The translations under genes were made by a program, and so were the position numbers. The notes under the pieces are model-generated. The model was not told where the DNA came from. It did no database searches and saw only the letters and a list, made by a program, of their open reading frames with translations. From Longimicrobiales bacterium (GTDB lineage: Bacteria; Gemmatimonadota; Gemmatimonadetes; Longimicrobiales; Gaopeijiaceae), in assembly GCA_965249725.1 (NCBI GenBank), contig CBDFMQ010000002.1, forward strand, positions 1,824,001 to 1,888,000: a stretch of 64,000 nt of DNA. The letters run 5' to 3'. Positions 37,872 through 47,954 of the stretch are shown here, piece after piece (positions within the stretch are counted from its first letter, which is position 1; each line of letters opens with the position of its first letter).

Positions 37872-39176
37872 TCACACCGGGTCCGTAAGACACTCGACGA
37901 GCAGTTCGGCCGTGCGGCCGGCCGCCCCTCGATGCTCCGCAATATAGTCCAAGGCCCGTTCGCCGTCCCTCCGGAGTTGGTCCGGGTCCGCCAACCAGTC
38001 CTCGAGAACCGAGGCGAGTGCGTCGGCGTGTGACACCATCTGGGCCCCACCGCAGGCCAGGAGTCGGGACGCTGCCATGGAGTTGTGGTGTTGTGGGCCG
38101 AAGAGCACGGGAACGCCCGCCGCTGCCGGCTCGAGGACGGAGTGGAGCCCATGGTCATGGAAGCCTCCACCCACGTAGGCAACGGTCGCCACGGTGTAGA
38201 GTTCGGCCAGTACACCGACCCGCTCCACGAGCACCGCGTCGGCCCCGCCGAGGTCACCTCGCTCCTCCGCCTCCTTCAAGAGCGTGGGGGACCACCCGTC
38301 CGCCGCCAGTCTGGCCGCGAGTCCGTCGTAGTCCCAGTCGCCCGGCTCGTGGGGTGCCAGGACGATGCGGATGCCGGGTCGATCACGGCGGACCCTCGCC
38401 AAAGCGGGAAGCAGCACCTCCTCATCTGCGCCCCAGGTGGACCCCGCCACCAGAACCGGCCCGCTCCCTTCCCGGAACAACCTGAGATGCGGCGCATCTG
38501 GCTCGGCCGCCGCTGCACGGCCGGAAGCGTCGTCCACTCCGGGATCTCCCGTAACGACAATGCGATCGCCAGGCACCCCCAGGAGTTCGAACCGTCGACC
38601 GTCGTCTTCGGAGATCGCCGCCACGAGCTTCAGGCCTCGGAATGCAGGGCCCAGCAACACCCTTCCCGAGCGGCTGAGCCTCCCCGCACCGCCGGGCAGG
38701 GTCGCCGCGGCCAAGCCAACCGGCACGCCCCGTACCGCCGCCTGCTCGGCGAGCGAAGGCCACACCTCCTTCTGGGTGAACAGAACCAGCGCGGGGCTCG
38801 ACGCATCGAGCACCTTGCCCATGATCCTCGGGAGGTCCCAGGGGAGATAGGCCGAGACGTCAGATGGAAATCGCTCGGCCAGGTCCTCCGCCGAAGGCGA
38901 AAAGAACGTGAACACCACCTGTAGATCCGGAACTCTCTGCCGCAGCGCCTCCAACACGGCCTTGGCCTGAAGAGCCTCCCCCACGGAGGACGCGTGTAGC
39001 CAGACGACCGGACGGGTCGCGTCCCGGGCCTCGGTACCCCACTCGATGAGGACGCGATGCGCGTCACGCCGCCCCCGGAGCCCGCGCGCGAGCTTCGACG
39101 ATCCCCACGCCAGCGCCGGAGAGAACGCCCGGAAGCCCCGAAGCAGGGTGCGATAGAGTACCTGAGCCAGTGGCAT
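37872..39176 (-). CDS. waaA: 3-deoxy-D-manno-octulosonic acid (Kdo) transferase
   Basis: WLHASSVGE, YLPWD, VAGSTW, LAPHEP, AYVGGGF...HSVLEPAA. Confidence 0.9.
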   Translation of the reverse strand: MPLAQVLYRTLLRGFRAFSPALAWGSSKLARGLRGRRDAHRVLIEWGTEARDATRPVVWLHASSVGEALQAKAVLEALRQRVPDLQVVFTFFSPSAEDLAERFPSDVSAYLPWDLPRIMGKVLDASSPALVLFTQKEVWPSLAEQAAVRGVPVGLAAATLPGGAGRLSRSGRVLLGPAFRGLKLVAAISEDDGRRFELLGVPGDRIVVTGDPGVDDASGRAAAAEPDAPHLRLFREGSGPVLVAGSTWGADEEVLLPALARVRRDRPGIRIVLAPHEPGDWDYDGLAARLAADGWSPTLLKEAEERGDLGGADAVLVERVGVLAELYTVATVAYVGGGFHDHGLHSVLEPAAAGVPVLFGPQHHNSMAASRLLACGGAQMVSHADALASVLEDWLADPDQLRRDGERALDYIAEHRGAAGRTAELLVECLTDPV

Positions 39177-39387
39177 GCGCGGACGATGGGTCAGAGGGGA
39201 TCCCTTAACAAGGCTACTCAAGGGGAGTGGTGACGGTACATTTCAGTCGCCGTACGGATTAAAGGGGCGGCCCTCGGCGCTCGTACCCCTAAAGAGGGCG
39301 ATAACAGCCCGCCCATCACCGAGAGAGACCGAGGCCCGTTGAAGTGGTACAGTGGGTCGTCCGGCTCTTTGTCCACAGGAGGATTTC

Positions 39388-40278
39388 ATGGCATCTATGA
39401 TGCTAGCCATCGTGATCATTGTCGCAGGGGCGGCCGTACTCGTGGCGGGGCCGACCGTCGCGAACCGCGGCAAGTCGAAGCTCCTCGGCTACGGCCTCAT
39501 GCTGGGCGGCGTCGCGGCCGCCCTGCTGAACACCGTGGCCGTCATCGGCGTCGGCGAGGTCGGCGTGAAGCACTTCCTGGGAAGCGTCGATCCCATCCCC
39601 ATGGAGCAGGGTGTCCACATCGTGAACCCGCTGGCGGCCGTCGAGAAGATGTCTGTCCGGGAGCAGAGTTATCCGGAGAGCGGAGGCATCGAGCAGATCG
39701 AAGCCCAGACAAGCGAGCAGATGAACGTCGCCCTGGAGGTGTCGCTTCTCTTCCGGCTCGACCCGGCCAAGGTCCCGGACCTGTTCGACCGCATCGGCTC
39801 GGAGAATCAGATCAAGCGGAGCATCGTCCTGAACGCGATCCGCAACGGCGTCCGTGACGCGGTGGCCACCAAGTCCATCAACGAGATCTTCTCCCCCAAC
39901 CGTCGCGAGGTCGCCTCCGACATGTTGCAGGCCATCCAGGCCAAGGCCGGCGACCGCATCGAGGTCGTGGAGGTCTTCCTGAGAGACGTTCAGGCGCCCG
40001 CAGGCGTGCGCCAGGCCATCGACGAGAAGCTCCAGCGTGAGCAGAACGTGGCGGCCGAGAAGTTCCAGACGGAGATCATCCAGGAGCGGGCGCAGCAGCA
40101 GATCGAGGAGGCCAAGGGAATCGCCGAGGCGCAGAAGATCATCTCCACGGGCCTGACACCCGAATACCTCATGTTCTACTACATCGAGACGCTCGGTGAA
40201 CTCCCCGGCGGGTCGGTGGTGTACGTACCCACCGAGGGCAGCATTCCGCTGATGCGCAACGTGGGCGGAGGCCGGTAG
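39388..40278 (+). CDS. SPFH/prohibitin (band 7) family membrane protein
   Basis: AGGAGGA RBS; 2 TMs; GEVGV, G.HIVNP; AIDEK...EAKGIAEAQKII. Confidence 0.88.
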   Translation: MASMMLAIVIIVAGAAVLVAGPTVANRGKSKLLGYGLMLGGVAAALLNTVAVIGVGEVGVKHFLGSVDPIPMEQGVHIVNPLAAVEKMSVREQSYPESGGIEQIEAQTSEQMNVALEVSLLFRLDPAKVPDLFDRIGSENQIKRSIVLNAIRNGVRDAVATKSINEIFSPNRREVASDMLQAIQAKAGDRIEVVEVFLRDVQAPAGVRQAIDEKLQREQNVAAEKFQTEIIQERAQQQIEEAKGIAEAQKIISTGLTPEYLMFYYIETLGELPGGSVVYVPTEGSIPLMRNVGGGR

Positions 40279-40282
40279 CACG

Positions 40283-41365
40283 ATGCTTCGCTGGACCTGG
40301 ACCCGCTTCTTCATAGGCCTCGGGGTCGTGGCTCTGATCGCCTCGGCATGCTCGCCCATGTACGTCATCAAGGCGGGCATCGCCGAGGCGAAGATCCTTC
40401 GAGCACGACAACCTCTCCACGAGGTCATCCTCGATCCGGAGACGGACGAGCGGACCAAGGGCAAGCTCACGTTCGTGGTGGAGGCCCGCACCTACGCCAT
40501 CGACGTGCTCGGGCTCAACGTGGGCGACTCCTACACATCCTTCACCCAACTCGATCAGGACACTCTGGCTCTGGTCCTGTCGGCCGCCACGCGGGACCGC
40601 TTCGCCTCGAAGACATGGTGGTTTCCGGTCGTGGGCCGGGTTCCCTACAAGGGGTACTTCAACGAAGACGACGCTCTGCGGGATCAGGAAAAGCTCGAGG
40701 AGGAGGGCTTCGACACCTACCTGCGTCCCACCGCCGCGTTCAGCACGCTGGGTTGGTTCTCCGACCCGCTGCTCTCCACTCTCCTGCGCCGCGACGAGGT
40801 CGATCTGGTGGAGACGGTCATCCACGAACTGTCGCACAACCACCTGTTCGTCCGCGGATCCGTCGGGTTCAACGAGAGCTTCGCAACCTTCGTAGGCCGG
40901 GTCGGATCAATCGAGTTCTTCTGCAACCGACAGGGTGGCGGCCCCGACACCGTAAAGTGCCTTCGGGCTCAGGAGCGGTGGAGGGACTATCTGATCTTCT
41001 CGACCTTCATCGACGAACTGGTGGACGGCCTCGAGGAGATCTACCGCGACACCGCACTCTCCTATGATGAGAAACTGGATCGACGCCGGGTCCTGTTCGA
41101 GAGTCGCTTGCAGGATTTCGAGACCGAGGTACAGCCCTCCTTCGAGGCGATGACCTTCCAGAGCTTCCTCGTCACGCCCCTCAACAACGCCACCCTCATG
41201 GCTCGCATGCGCTACTACCACCGCCTCCCGGACTTCCAGGCGCTGTTGGAGGAGACAGGCGACCTGAGGGCAGCCGTGGGGCACCTCGTCGACGGGGTCT
41301 CGACCGTGGACGATCCCTATGACCTCCTCCCGTCGGACGGCGCGGCGGAACCGAATGGACCCTGA
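40283..41365 (+). CDS. Putative zinc aminopeptidase lipoprotein
   Basis: Lipobox ASAC; WWFPVVGRVPYKGYF, AFSTLGWFSDP, HELSH...FNESFA. Confidence 0.88.
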   Translation: MLRWTWTRFFIGLGVVALIASACSPMYVIKAGIAEAKILRARQPLHEVILDPETDERTKGKLTFVVEARTYAIDVLGLNVGDSYTSFTQLDQDTLALVLSAATRDRFASKTWWFPVVGRVPYKGYFNEDDALRDQEKLEEEGFDTYLRPTAAFSTLGWFSDPLLSTLLRRDEVDLVETVIHELSHNHLFVRGSVGFNESFATFVGRVGSIEFFCNRQGGGPDTVKCLRAQERWRDYLIFSTFIDELVDGLEEIYRDTALSYDEKLDRRRVLFESRLQDFETEVQPSFEAMTFQSFLVTPLNNATLMARMRYYHRLPDFQALLEETGDLRAAVGHLVDGVSTVDDPYDLLPSDGAAEPNGP

Positions 41366-43256
41366 CGCACATCAGGTCGCGGAGCGCCTGAACGCTCCGC
41401 CGTCTTCCGATCCCCCGGGTCCGACGGACCCACTTGCGGTCTATGGCCGCCGAGAGGCCGAAGCCACAGCAGCGGCGAGTCACTGGCACGTGCGCTCCGA
41501 CGCACTGGCACAGCAGCGGATGTGGGTGTTTCTCCTGGCGGCCGCTGCCTTCGTATTCTACGCCTTCGCCACCGACGCCAAGCCGCTCATCTCCGGGATC
41601 GGGCTGATCTTCGTGGTCCCCTTCGTCGTCCTCGTGGTCCGGCATCGCCGAGCCCGGATCAGGGAGCGGTGGTATTCCGAGCTGGCGCAGGTGGCCCATG
41701 AGGCCCGCTGTCGCCGGCTCCGATACTGGGATGGGCTGGAGCAGCCCGAGCCGACGGCCCCGGAGGACCATGCCTATGCCGACGATCTGGACGTCTTCGG
41801 GCACGCGTCCCTGTACACGCTGCTCGGCACGACCGCCACGCGTCCCGGCGCCGATACGGTCGTCGATTGGCTCCTGGCCCCCGCCTCGGCAGATACGATT
41901 CGCGAGCGTCAGGCCGCCGTGCGCGAGCTGACCCCGGCCATCGAGTTCCGGGACGAGCTGCATGCCGCTGGACGGATCGCCGGTCCCGTCGAGATGGAGG
42001 AGATCGCTGAACTCCTCGAATGGGCCGAGGCTCCGACCTGGCTCGTCCAGATCCGCATCCTCACCTGGGCGGCCCTGATTCTGCCCCTGGCCACGGTGGT
42101 CACATCGGGCCTCCACATCGCCGGAATGACGCCCTTCCTTTGGATCGTTCCGACGGGTGTCACGCTGTGGTTGCTGCGGCGTCACCATGAACGCATCCAC
42201 GCAGATTTCGCCCACGCCTCGAACGGCGAGACCGGCCTGCGGCGGTACCACGAACTCATCAAACGTATTGCCAACGAGCGGTTCGAGGCCTCCCTGCTCA
42301 CCGAACACCAGAAGAGCCTGACCCCGAATGGCCAAACCGCCACCGACGCCCTGGTCGGCCTCTTCCGACTCATGGAGATGTCGGATCTGCGGTTCAACGG
42401 GCAGATGCACCTGCCGGTCAATCTCCTGACGCTCTGGGACGTCCACGTCCTCGTGAGAATGGAGCGCTGGAAGAAGAGGCACGGCGGGAGCCTGCGCGGT
42501 TGGATGGAGGCGCTGGGGCGGGTCGACGCGCTCTCGGCCCTGGCCGGATTGGCCCACTGCCACCCGGATTGGGCCTTTCCCGAGGTCGGCAGGACCGACT
42601 CGAGGACGCTGGTCGCCGAGGGGTTGGGCCACCCACTGCTCGAGCCCGAGACGGCCGTGCGAAACGACGTAGAGGTCGGCCCGCCGGGGAGCCTCCTTCT
42701 GGTCACGGGCTCCAACATGTCCGGAAAGAGCACCCTGCTCAGGGCGATCGGCGCCAACGTGGTGCTGGCCTCTGCCGGGGGACCTGTGTGTGCGACGTCC
42801 ATGCGCCTTCCCACCGTCGACCTTCGCACCAGCATGCGCATCCGGGACTCCCTCGAGGGAGGGATCTCGTACTTCATGGCCGAGCTCCGGCGACTGAAGT
42901 CCGTGGCCGAGGCAGCGTCGAGGGCCGAGGAGGTTCCGGTGCTCTACCTCCTGGATGAAATCCTTCAGGGCACGAACACGGCCGAACGGCAAATCGCCGC
43001 CCGCCGCATCCTCCGCCATCTCTTGGACGAGGATGCGTTCGGAGCCGTGACGACGCACGACCTCACGCTGGCCGACGCACCCGACCTGCGAGAACGGGCC
43101 GTCTTCGTCCACCTCAGGGAGTCGCTGGAGGAGCGCGAAGGGGGCCCGCCCATCACCTTCGACTACAAGCTCAGACCGGGAACCGCCACCTCCACCAACG
43201 CCATCCGGCTCATGGAGATCATGGGGTTCACGAAGGTGGACGACGACGCGTTGTGA
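41355..43256 (+). CDS. Membrane-anchored MutS-related ATPase (domain V only)
   Basis: TM segments; YADDLDVFG; GHPLL, TGSNMSGKST, SYFMAEL, LDEILQGTN, TTHD; lacks the mismatch-recognition domain I. Confidence 0.9.
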   Translation: MDPDAHQVAERLNAPPSSDPPGPTDPLAVYGRREAEATAAASHWHVRSDALAQQRMWVFLLAAAAFVFYAFATDAKPLISGIGLIFVVPFVVLVVRHRRARIRERWYSELAQVAHEARCRRLRYWDGLEQPEPTAPEDHAYADDLDVFGHASLYTLLGTTATRPGADTVVDWLLAPASADTIRERQAAVRELTPAIEFRDELHAAGRIAGPVEMEEIAELLEWAEAPTWLVQIRILTWAALILPLATVVTSGLHIAGMTPFLWIVPTGVTLWLLRRHHERIHADFAHASNGETGLRRYHELIKRIANERFEASLLTEHQKSLTPNGQTATDALVGLFRLMEMSDLRFNGQMHLPVNLLTLWDVHVLVRMERWKKRHGGSLRGWMEALGRVDALSALAGLAHCHPDWAFPEVGRTDSRTLVAEGLGHPLLEPETAVRNDVEVGPPGSLLLVTGSNMSGKSTLLRAIGANVVLASAGGPVCATSMRLPTVDLRTSMRIRDSLEGGISYFMAELRRLKSVAEAASRAEEVPVLYLLDEILQGTNTAERQIAARRILRHLLDEDAFGAVTTHDLTLADAPDLRERAVFVHLRESLEEREGGPPITFDYKLRPGTATSTNAIRLMEIMGFTKVDDDAL

Positions 43257-43332
43257 TGGCCCTTCGCCCGGTGTAGGTTAGGGGCTCAATTTTCGGCACC
43301 CCCACCCGGCACAGCCGTTCCAGCAAGCATAG

Positions 43333-45846
43333 ATGAGTAGCGATGGAACCGACGGCTACGCGCCGTCCGAGGTAGAGGTCAAGTGGCAGGACCGGTGGGA
43401 GAAGCTCGGCACCAACGGCTTCACCCTCGAGGCCCTCCAGACCACTGAGGATCCCTACTACCAGTTGATGATGTTCCCCTACCCCTCGGCCGAGGGGCTC
43501 CACGTGGGCAACATCTACGCGTTCACCGGCGCGGACGTACACGGCCGCTACCAGCGTCTGACCGGCAAACAGGTTTTCGAACCCATGGGGTTCGATGCGT
43601 TCGGCATCCACTCGGAGAACTTCGCCCTCAAGCAGGGCGTCAATCCGATGGACCTCATCCCGAAGAACGTCGCCAACTTCACGAGGCAGCTGAGGCGGGT
43701 TGGCGGGATGTTCGACTGGAACCACATCGTCGACACCACCGATCCGGCGTACTACCGCTGGACCCAGTGGATCTTCATCCAGCTGTTCAACGCGGGCCTG
43801 GCCGAGCGCAAAGAGGCACCGGTCAACTGGTGCCCTTCATGCATGACGGTGTTGGCCAACGAGCAGGTGATCTCGGGGCGCTGCGAGCGCTGTGACACCG
43901 CGGTCGAGCAGAGGCGGATCGCTCAGTGGTTCTTCAGGATCACGGATTACGTGGAACGGCTGCTGGACAACCTCGAGGGGATGGACTGGTCGGAGACGAC
44001 CAAGAAGGCCCAGCACAACTGGATCGGCAGGAGCGAGGGCGCCATCCTGCGCTTCCTGATCCTGCCCCCGGACGGAGTGACCGGCCTCGATTCCCCCCAG
44101 CCGACCGTGGACCCGTCGGCGATTCCGGCCGAAGGGGAGCCCATCGACGTCTTCACGACCCGGCCGGACACCGTATTCGGTGCCACCTACATGGTGCTCT
44201 CCCCCGAGCATCCTCTGGTGGACGAGGTCACCGGTGCCGATCAGACCGAAACAGTCGCGGCCTACCGGGAGCAGGCTTCGGCGAAGGATTTGGTCGCCCG
44301 ACAGAAGGTCGAGAAGGAGAAGACGGGCGTCTTCACGGGGGGTCACTGCCTGAACCCCGCGACAGGCCTCCCCATTCCCATCTGGGTCGCCGACTACGTG
44401 CTCATGGAGTACGGGACCGGCGCGATCATGGCGGTGCCCGGCCACGATGAGCGGGATTTCGACTTCGCCAAGGCGATGGATCTCCCGATCCGACGCGTGG
44501 TGGCAGGCCCCGGAGACGAGGCCGAGACCCCGCTGGACGAAGCCTATGTGGGCGACGGCACGCTGGTGAACTCCGTACACTTCGACGGGCTTCCCGTGGC
44601 CGAGAGCAAGAAGGTCGTCGCCGGCTGGCTCTCTGAGCGCGATCTGGGCGAGACCAAGGTGAACTACCGACTGCACGACTGGTGCATTTCCCGGCAGCGG
44701 TACTGGGGTCCGCCGATTCCGATCATCCACTGCGAAGCGTGTGGTGCGATACCGGTGCCCGAATCCGATCTCCCCGTGGTGCTCCCCAGGGTGGACGACT
44801 TCAAGCCCGACGACTCCGGCGTGAGCCCCCTGGCCCGCGTTGAGGAGTGGTACCAGATCGACTGTCCCGAATGCGGGGCAGAGGCGCGTCGGGAGACCGA
44901 CGTCTCGGACACGTTCCTGGACAGCTCCTGGTACTTCATGCGCTACCCGTCCACGGACTTCGACGACGTTCCCTTCGACGCCGACATCACGAAGCGTTGG
45001 CTACCGGTGGACTGCTACATCGGAGGCAACGAGCACGCGGTCCTGCATCTGCTCTACTCGCGCTTCATCACCATGGCCCTCCATGACCTGGGCCACCTGG
45101 ACTTCGAGGAGCCCTACAAGCGCTTCCGCGCCCACGGAATGATCATCCGCGAGGGCGCCAAGATGTCGAAGAGCAAAGGCAACGTGATCGTGCCGGACGA
45201 GATCATCGAGCGGTACGGCGCCGACACCTTCCGGACGTACCTGATGTTCCTGGGCCCGTACGAAGAAGGCGGGGACTACCAGGACGAGGGCATCCAAGGG
45301 CCACACGGCTTCCTGCATCGCCTGCACGAGACGGTGATGGCCGCCGTCGACAGCGACGCGGAGACCGATCCCGACGTCGAGCGGAAGCTCCACCAGACGA
45401 TTCGTCAGGTCACACAGCAGCTTCCCGAGCTGGGCTACAACACCAGCATCGCTGCGATGATGGAGTATCTGAACGCCGTTCGCACAGGCGGACGGACGGC
45501 GGCGAGGGCAGAGGTCGAGCCCTTGGTCGTTTTGGTGGCTCCTTTCGCGCCCCACCTGGCTGAGGAGCTTTGGGAAGCCCTGGGGCACGAGGGTGGCGTA
45601 TTCGCCGGTGCCAACTGGCCCTCGTACGACGAAGACAAGACCCGCTCGACTTCGGTCCAGTTGGCCGTGCAGGTGAACGGGAAGCTCCGCGCGACCGTCC
45701 AGGGTCCCGCCGACATCGATCAAGAAGCCGCTGAAGCGCTCGCCCGTTCGGACGAGAACGTCGCGCGGTACCTGGAAGGTGCCACCGTGAGACGGGTCAT
45801 CTACGTGGCCAACCGTCTCGTAAACTTCGTAGTGGAGACTGCCTGA
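43333..45846 (+). CDS. leuS: Leucine--tRNA ligase
   Basis: MFPYPSAEGLHVGN, FTTRPDT editing domain, DWCISRQRYWG, KMSKS, VQVNGKLR. Confidence 0.98.
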   Translation: MSSDGTDGYAPSEVEVKWQDRWEKLGTNGFTLEALQTTEDPYYQLMMFPYPSAEGLHVGNIYAFTGADVHGRYQRLTGKQVFEPMGFDAFGIHSENFALKQGVNPMDLIPKNVANFTRQLRRVGGMFDWNHIVDTTDPAYYRWTQWIFIQLFNAGLAERKEAPVNWCPSCMTVLANEQVISGRCERCDTAVEQRRIAQWFFRITDYVERLLDNLEGMDWSETTKKAQHNWIGRSEGAILRFLILPPDGVTGLDSPQPTVDPSAIPAEGEPIDVFTTRPDTVFGATYMVLSPEHPLVDEVTGADQTETVAAYREQASAKDLVARQKVEKEKTGVFTGGHCLNPATGLPIPIWVADYVLMEYGTGAIMAVPGHDERDFDFAKAMDLPIRRVVAGPGDEAETPLDEAYVGDGTLVNSVHFDGLPVAESKKVVAGWLSERDLGETKVNYRLHDWCISRQRYWGPPIPIIHCEACGAIPVPESDLPVVLPRVDDFKPDDSGVSPLARVEEWYQIDCPECGAEARRETDVSDTFLDSSWYFMRYPSTDFDDVPFDADITKRWLPVDCYIGGNEHAVLHLLYSRFITMALHDLGHLDFEEPYKRFRAHGMIIREGAKMSKSKGNVIVPDEIIERYGADTFRTYLMFLGPYEEGGDYQDEGIQGPHGFLHRLHETVMAAVDSDAETDPDVERKLHQTIRQVTQQLPELGYNTSIAAMMEYLNAVRTGGRTAARAEVEPLVVLVAPFAPHLAEELWEALGHEGGVFAGANWPSYDEDKTRSTSVQLAVQVNGKLRATVQGPADIDQEAAEALARSDENVARYLEGATVRRVIYVANRLVNFVVETA

Positions 45847-47954
45847 TGGCCGATTCCCCCACCGAGGCTTCAACCACCGAGGCTTCAACCACCGGGGCTT
45901 CAACCACCGGGGGTTCACCCACGGGTCGTTCACCCGAGCTGGATCAACTGTGCATCGACGCGGTCAGGGTCCTTTCCATGGACGCCGTGCAGCAGGCCAA
46001 GTCGGGCCATCCGGGCACACCCATGGCGCTCGCGCCACTCGGATACCTGCTGTGGACCCAGCACATGAGACACAACCCGGCGAACCCCGGGTGGCTGGAC
46101 CGGGACCGCTTCGTGCTCTCGGTGGGTCACGCTTCCATGCTGATCTACTCGCTGCTGCACCTGACGGGGTACGATCTCCCCAAAGAAGAGATCGTCAACT
46201 TCCGGCAGTGGGGCTCACTGACTCCCGGCCATCCCGAAGTGGGACACACCCCGGGCGTGGAGACCACCACAGGCCCCCTGGGGCAGGGCGTGGCGAACTC
46301 GGTGGGCATGGCCCTGGCCGAGCGTTGGCTGTCGGCCCGCTTCAACCGACCCGGTCACGAGGTGGTGGATCACTACACCTATGCCCTTTGCTCGGACGGC
46401 GACCTCATGGAGGGCATTTCCCATGAGGTGGCCGAGCTGGCGGGGCATCAGAAGCTCGGCAAGCTCATCTGGATCTTCGACAACAACCGCATCACCATCG
46501 AGGGCGGTACGGACCTCAGCACGTCGACCGACCAGGCCCACCGCTTCAGCGGGTATCAGTGGCACGTCCTGCACGTGGAGGACGGCACGGATCTCTCGAC
46601 CCTGGACCAGGCCCTCGAGGCCGCACGTGCCGAAACCGACCGACCCACCTTGATCGTCATGCGCACCCGCATCGCCGAAGGCAGTCCCAACAAGGTCGAC
46701 CTCGCCGCCGCACACGGAGCGCCCCTCGGCGCCGACGAGATTACCGCGACGAAGGAGAACATCGCCTACCCGTCGCAGGAGCCGTTCTACGTGGATCCGG
46801 ACGCCCTGGATGCGTGGCGAGAGACCACCGCGCGGGGCCAGGGCCTGGAAGAGGACTGGAACGATCGTTTCTTGGCGTACCGCGACGCCCACCCGGAACT
46901 CGCGGACGAGTTCGTGGGCATGATGGGAGGAGACCTGCCGTCCGGATGGGATGCAGAGGTGCCCGACTTCGAGCACGTCGAAAACGCGGACGCCACCAGG
47001 AACTGGTCAGGCAAGGTGCTACAGGGGCTGGCCGCCGGGCTGCCCAACCTGATCGGCGGCTCGGCCGACCTCGGGTCGTCGAACAAGACCGATATCTCAG
47101 GGGGCCGCGATCTCCTGGCCGACGCCCCGGATGGTCGCGTCATCCACTTCGGTATTCGTGAGCACGGCATGGGGGGCATCCTGAACGGGCTGGCCCTCCA
47201 CGGAGGCATCCGGCCCTTCGCCGGGACCTTCCTGATCTTCTCCGACTACATGCGCCCCTCGATCCGGCTGGCGGGGCTCATGGGCCTGCCCGTGACCTAT
47301 GTGTTCACACACGACTCCATCGGGCTGGGTGAGGACGGACCTACGCATCAGCCCATCGAACAGATGATGACGCTCAGGGCCATCCCCAACGTCGTGGATT
47401 TCCGGCCCGCAGACGCAGCCGAGACGGTCGTGGGATGGCGAGTCGCGATGGAACGTACCGACGGCCCCACGTTCCTGGCCCTCACCCGGCAGGGGGTCCC
47501 GGCCCTGGATCGGACCGAGCTCGCCTCGTCCGAGGGAGCCCGCCGGGGCGCATACGTCCTCGCCGAGGCGACGGACGGGACGGCCGAGGTCACGGTTATC
47601 GCGAGCGGTTCCGAAGTGGGTACCGCGCTGGAGGCCCGGAACCAACTACAGGCCGAAGGCACCCCGACGCGCGTCGTGAGCATGCCGAGCTGGCGCCTCT
47701 TCGAGCAGCAGGATCAGGAGTACCGGGACCAGGTTCTCCCACCGGACCAGCCTCTGCGCATAGGCGTGGAAGCAGGCTCCACTTTCGGGTGGGCACGATG
47801 GGTGGGCAGTGGCGGCGGCGCGGTGGGCATCGACCACTTCGGCGCGTCGGCCCCCTCCGAGGTCCTGTACGAGCGCTTCGGCGTCACCGCGGAAGAGGTC
47901 GTGTCTCTGGCGCACTCCCTGCGTTGCCAGGTCAGCGGAGCCGTACAGGCCTGA
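45846..47954 (+). CDS. tkt: Transketolase
   Basis: SGHPG, DRDRFVLS, TTGPLGQG, DGDLMEG, FGIREHGM, THDSIGLGEDGPTHQP. Confidence 0.98.
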   Translation: MADSPTEASTTEASTTGASTTGGSPTGRSPELDQLCIDAVRVLSMDAVQQAKSGHPGTPMALAPLGYLLWTQHMRHNPANPGWLDRDRFVLSVGHASMLIYSLLHLTGYDLPKEEIVNFRQWGSLTPGHPEVGHTPGVETTTGPLGQGVANSVGMALAERWLSARFNRPGHEVVDHYTYALCSDGDLMEGISHEVAELAGHQKLGKLIWIFDNNRITIEGGTDLSTSTDQAHRFSGYQWHVLHVEDGTDLSTLDQALEAARAETDRPTLIVMRTRIAEGSPNKVDLAAAHGAPLGADEITATKENIAYPSQEPFYVDPDALDAWRETTARGQGLEEDWNDRFLAYRDAHPELADEFVGMMGGDLPSGWDAEVPDFEHVENADATRNWSGKVLQGLAAGLPNLIGGSADLGSSNKTDISGGRDLLADAPDGRVIHFGIREHGMGGILNGLALHGGIRPFAGTFLIFSDYMRPSIRLAGLMGLPVTYVFTHDSIGLGEDGPTHQPIEQMMTLRAIPNVVDFRPADAAETVVGWRVAMERTDGPTFLALTRQGVPALDRTELASSEGARRGAYVLAEATDGTAEVTVIASGSEVGTALEARNQLQAEGTPTRVVSMPSWRLFEQQDQEYRDQVLPPDQPLRIGVEAGSTFGWARWVGSGGGAVGIDHFGASAPSEVLYERFGVTAEEVVSLAHSLRCQVSGAVQA
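45859..45933 (+). repeat. 15-bp tandem array x5 with progressive divergence, just after the leuS/tkt TGATG overlap
   Basis: ccaccgaggcttcaa x2, ccaccggggcttcaa, ccaccgggggttcac, ccacgggtcgttcac. Confidence 0.9.

Noticed and set aside
41355..43256. Canonical mutS or mutS2
   Set aside because: No mismatch-recognition or Smr domain, and TM helices are present.
43257..43332. T-box or other leader upstream of leuS (also metG)
   Set aside because: The intergenic gaps are too short and no T-box motif is visible.
16947..45933. Tandem arrays as CRISPR arrays or REP/MITE elements
   Set aside because: Units are 12-18 bp, head-to-tail with no unique spacers, unrelated to each other, and no cas or transposase genes are present.
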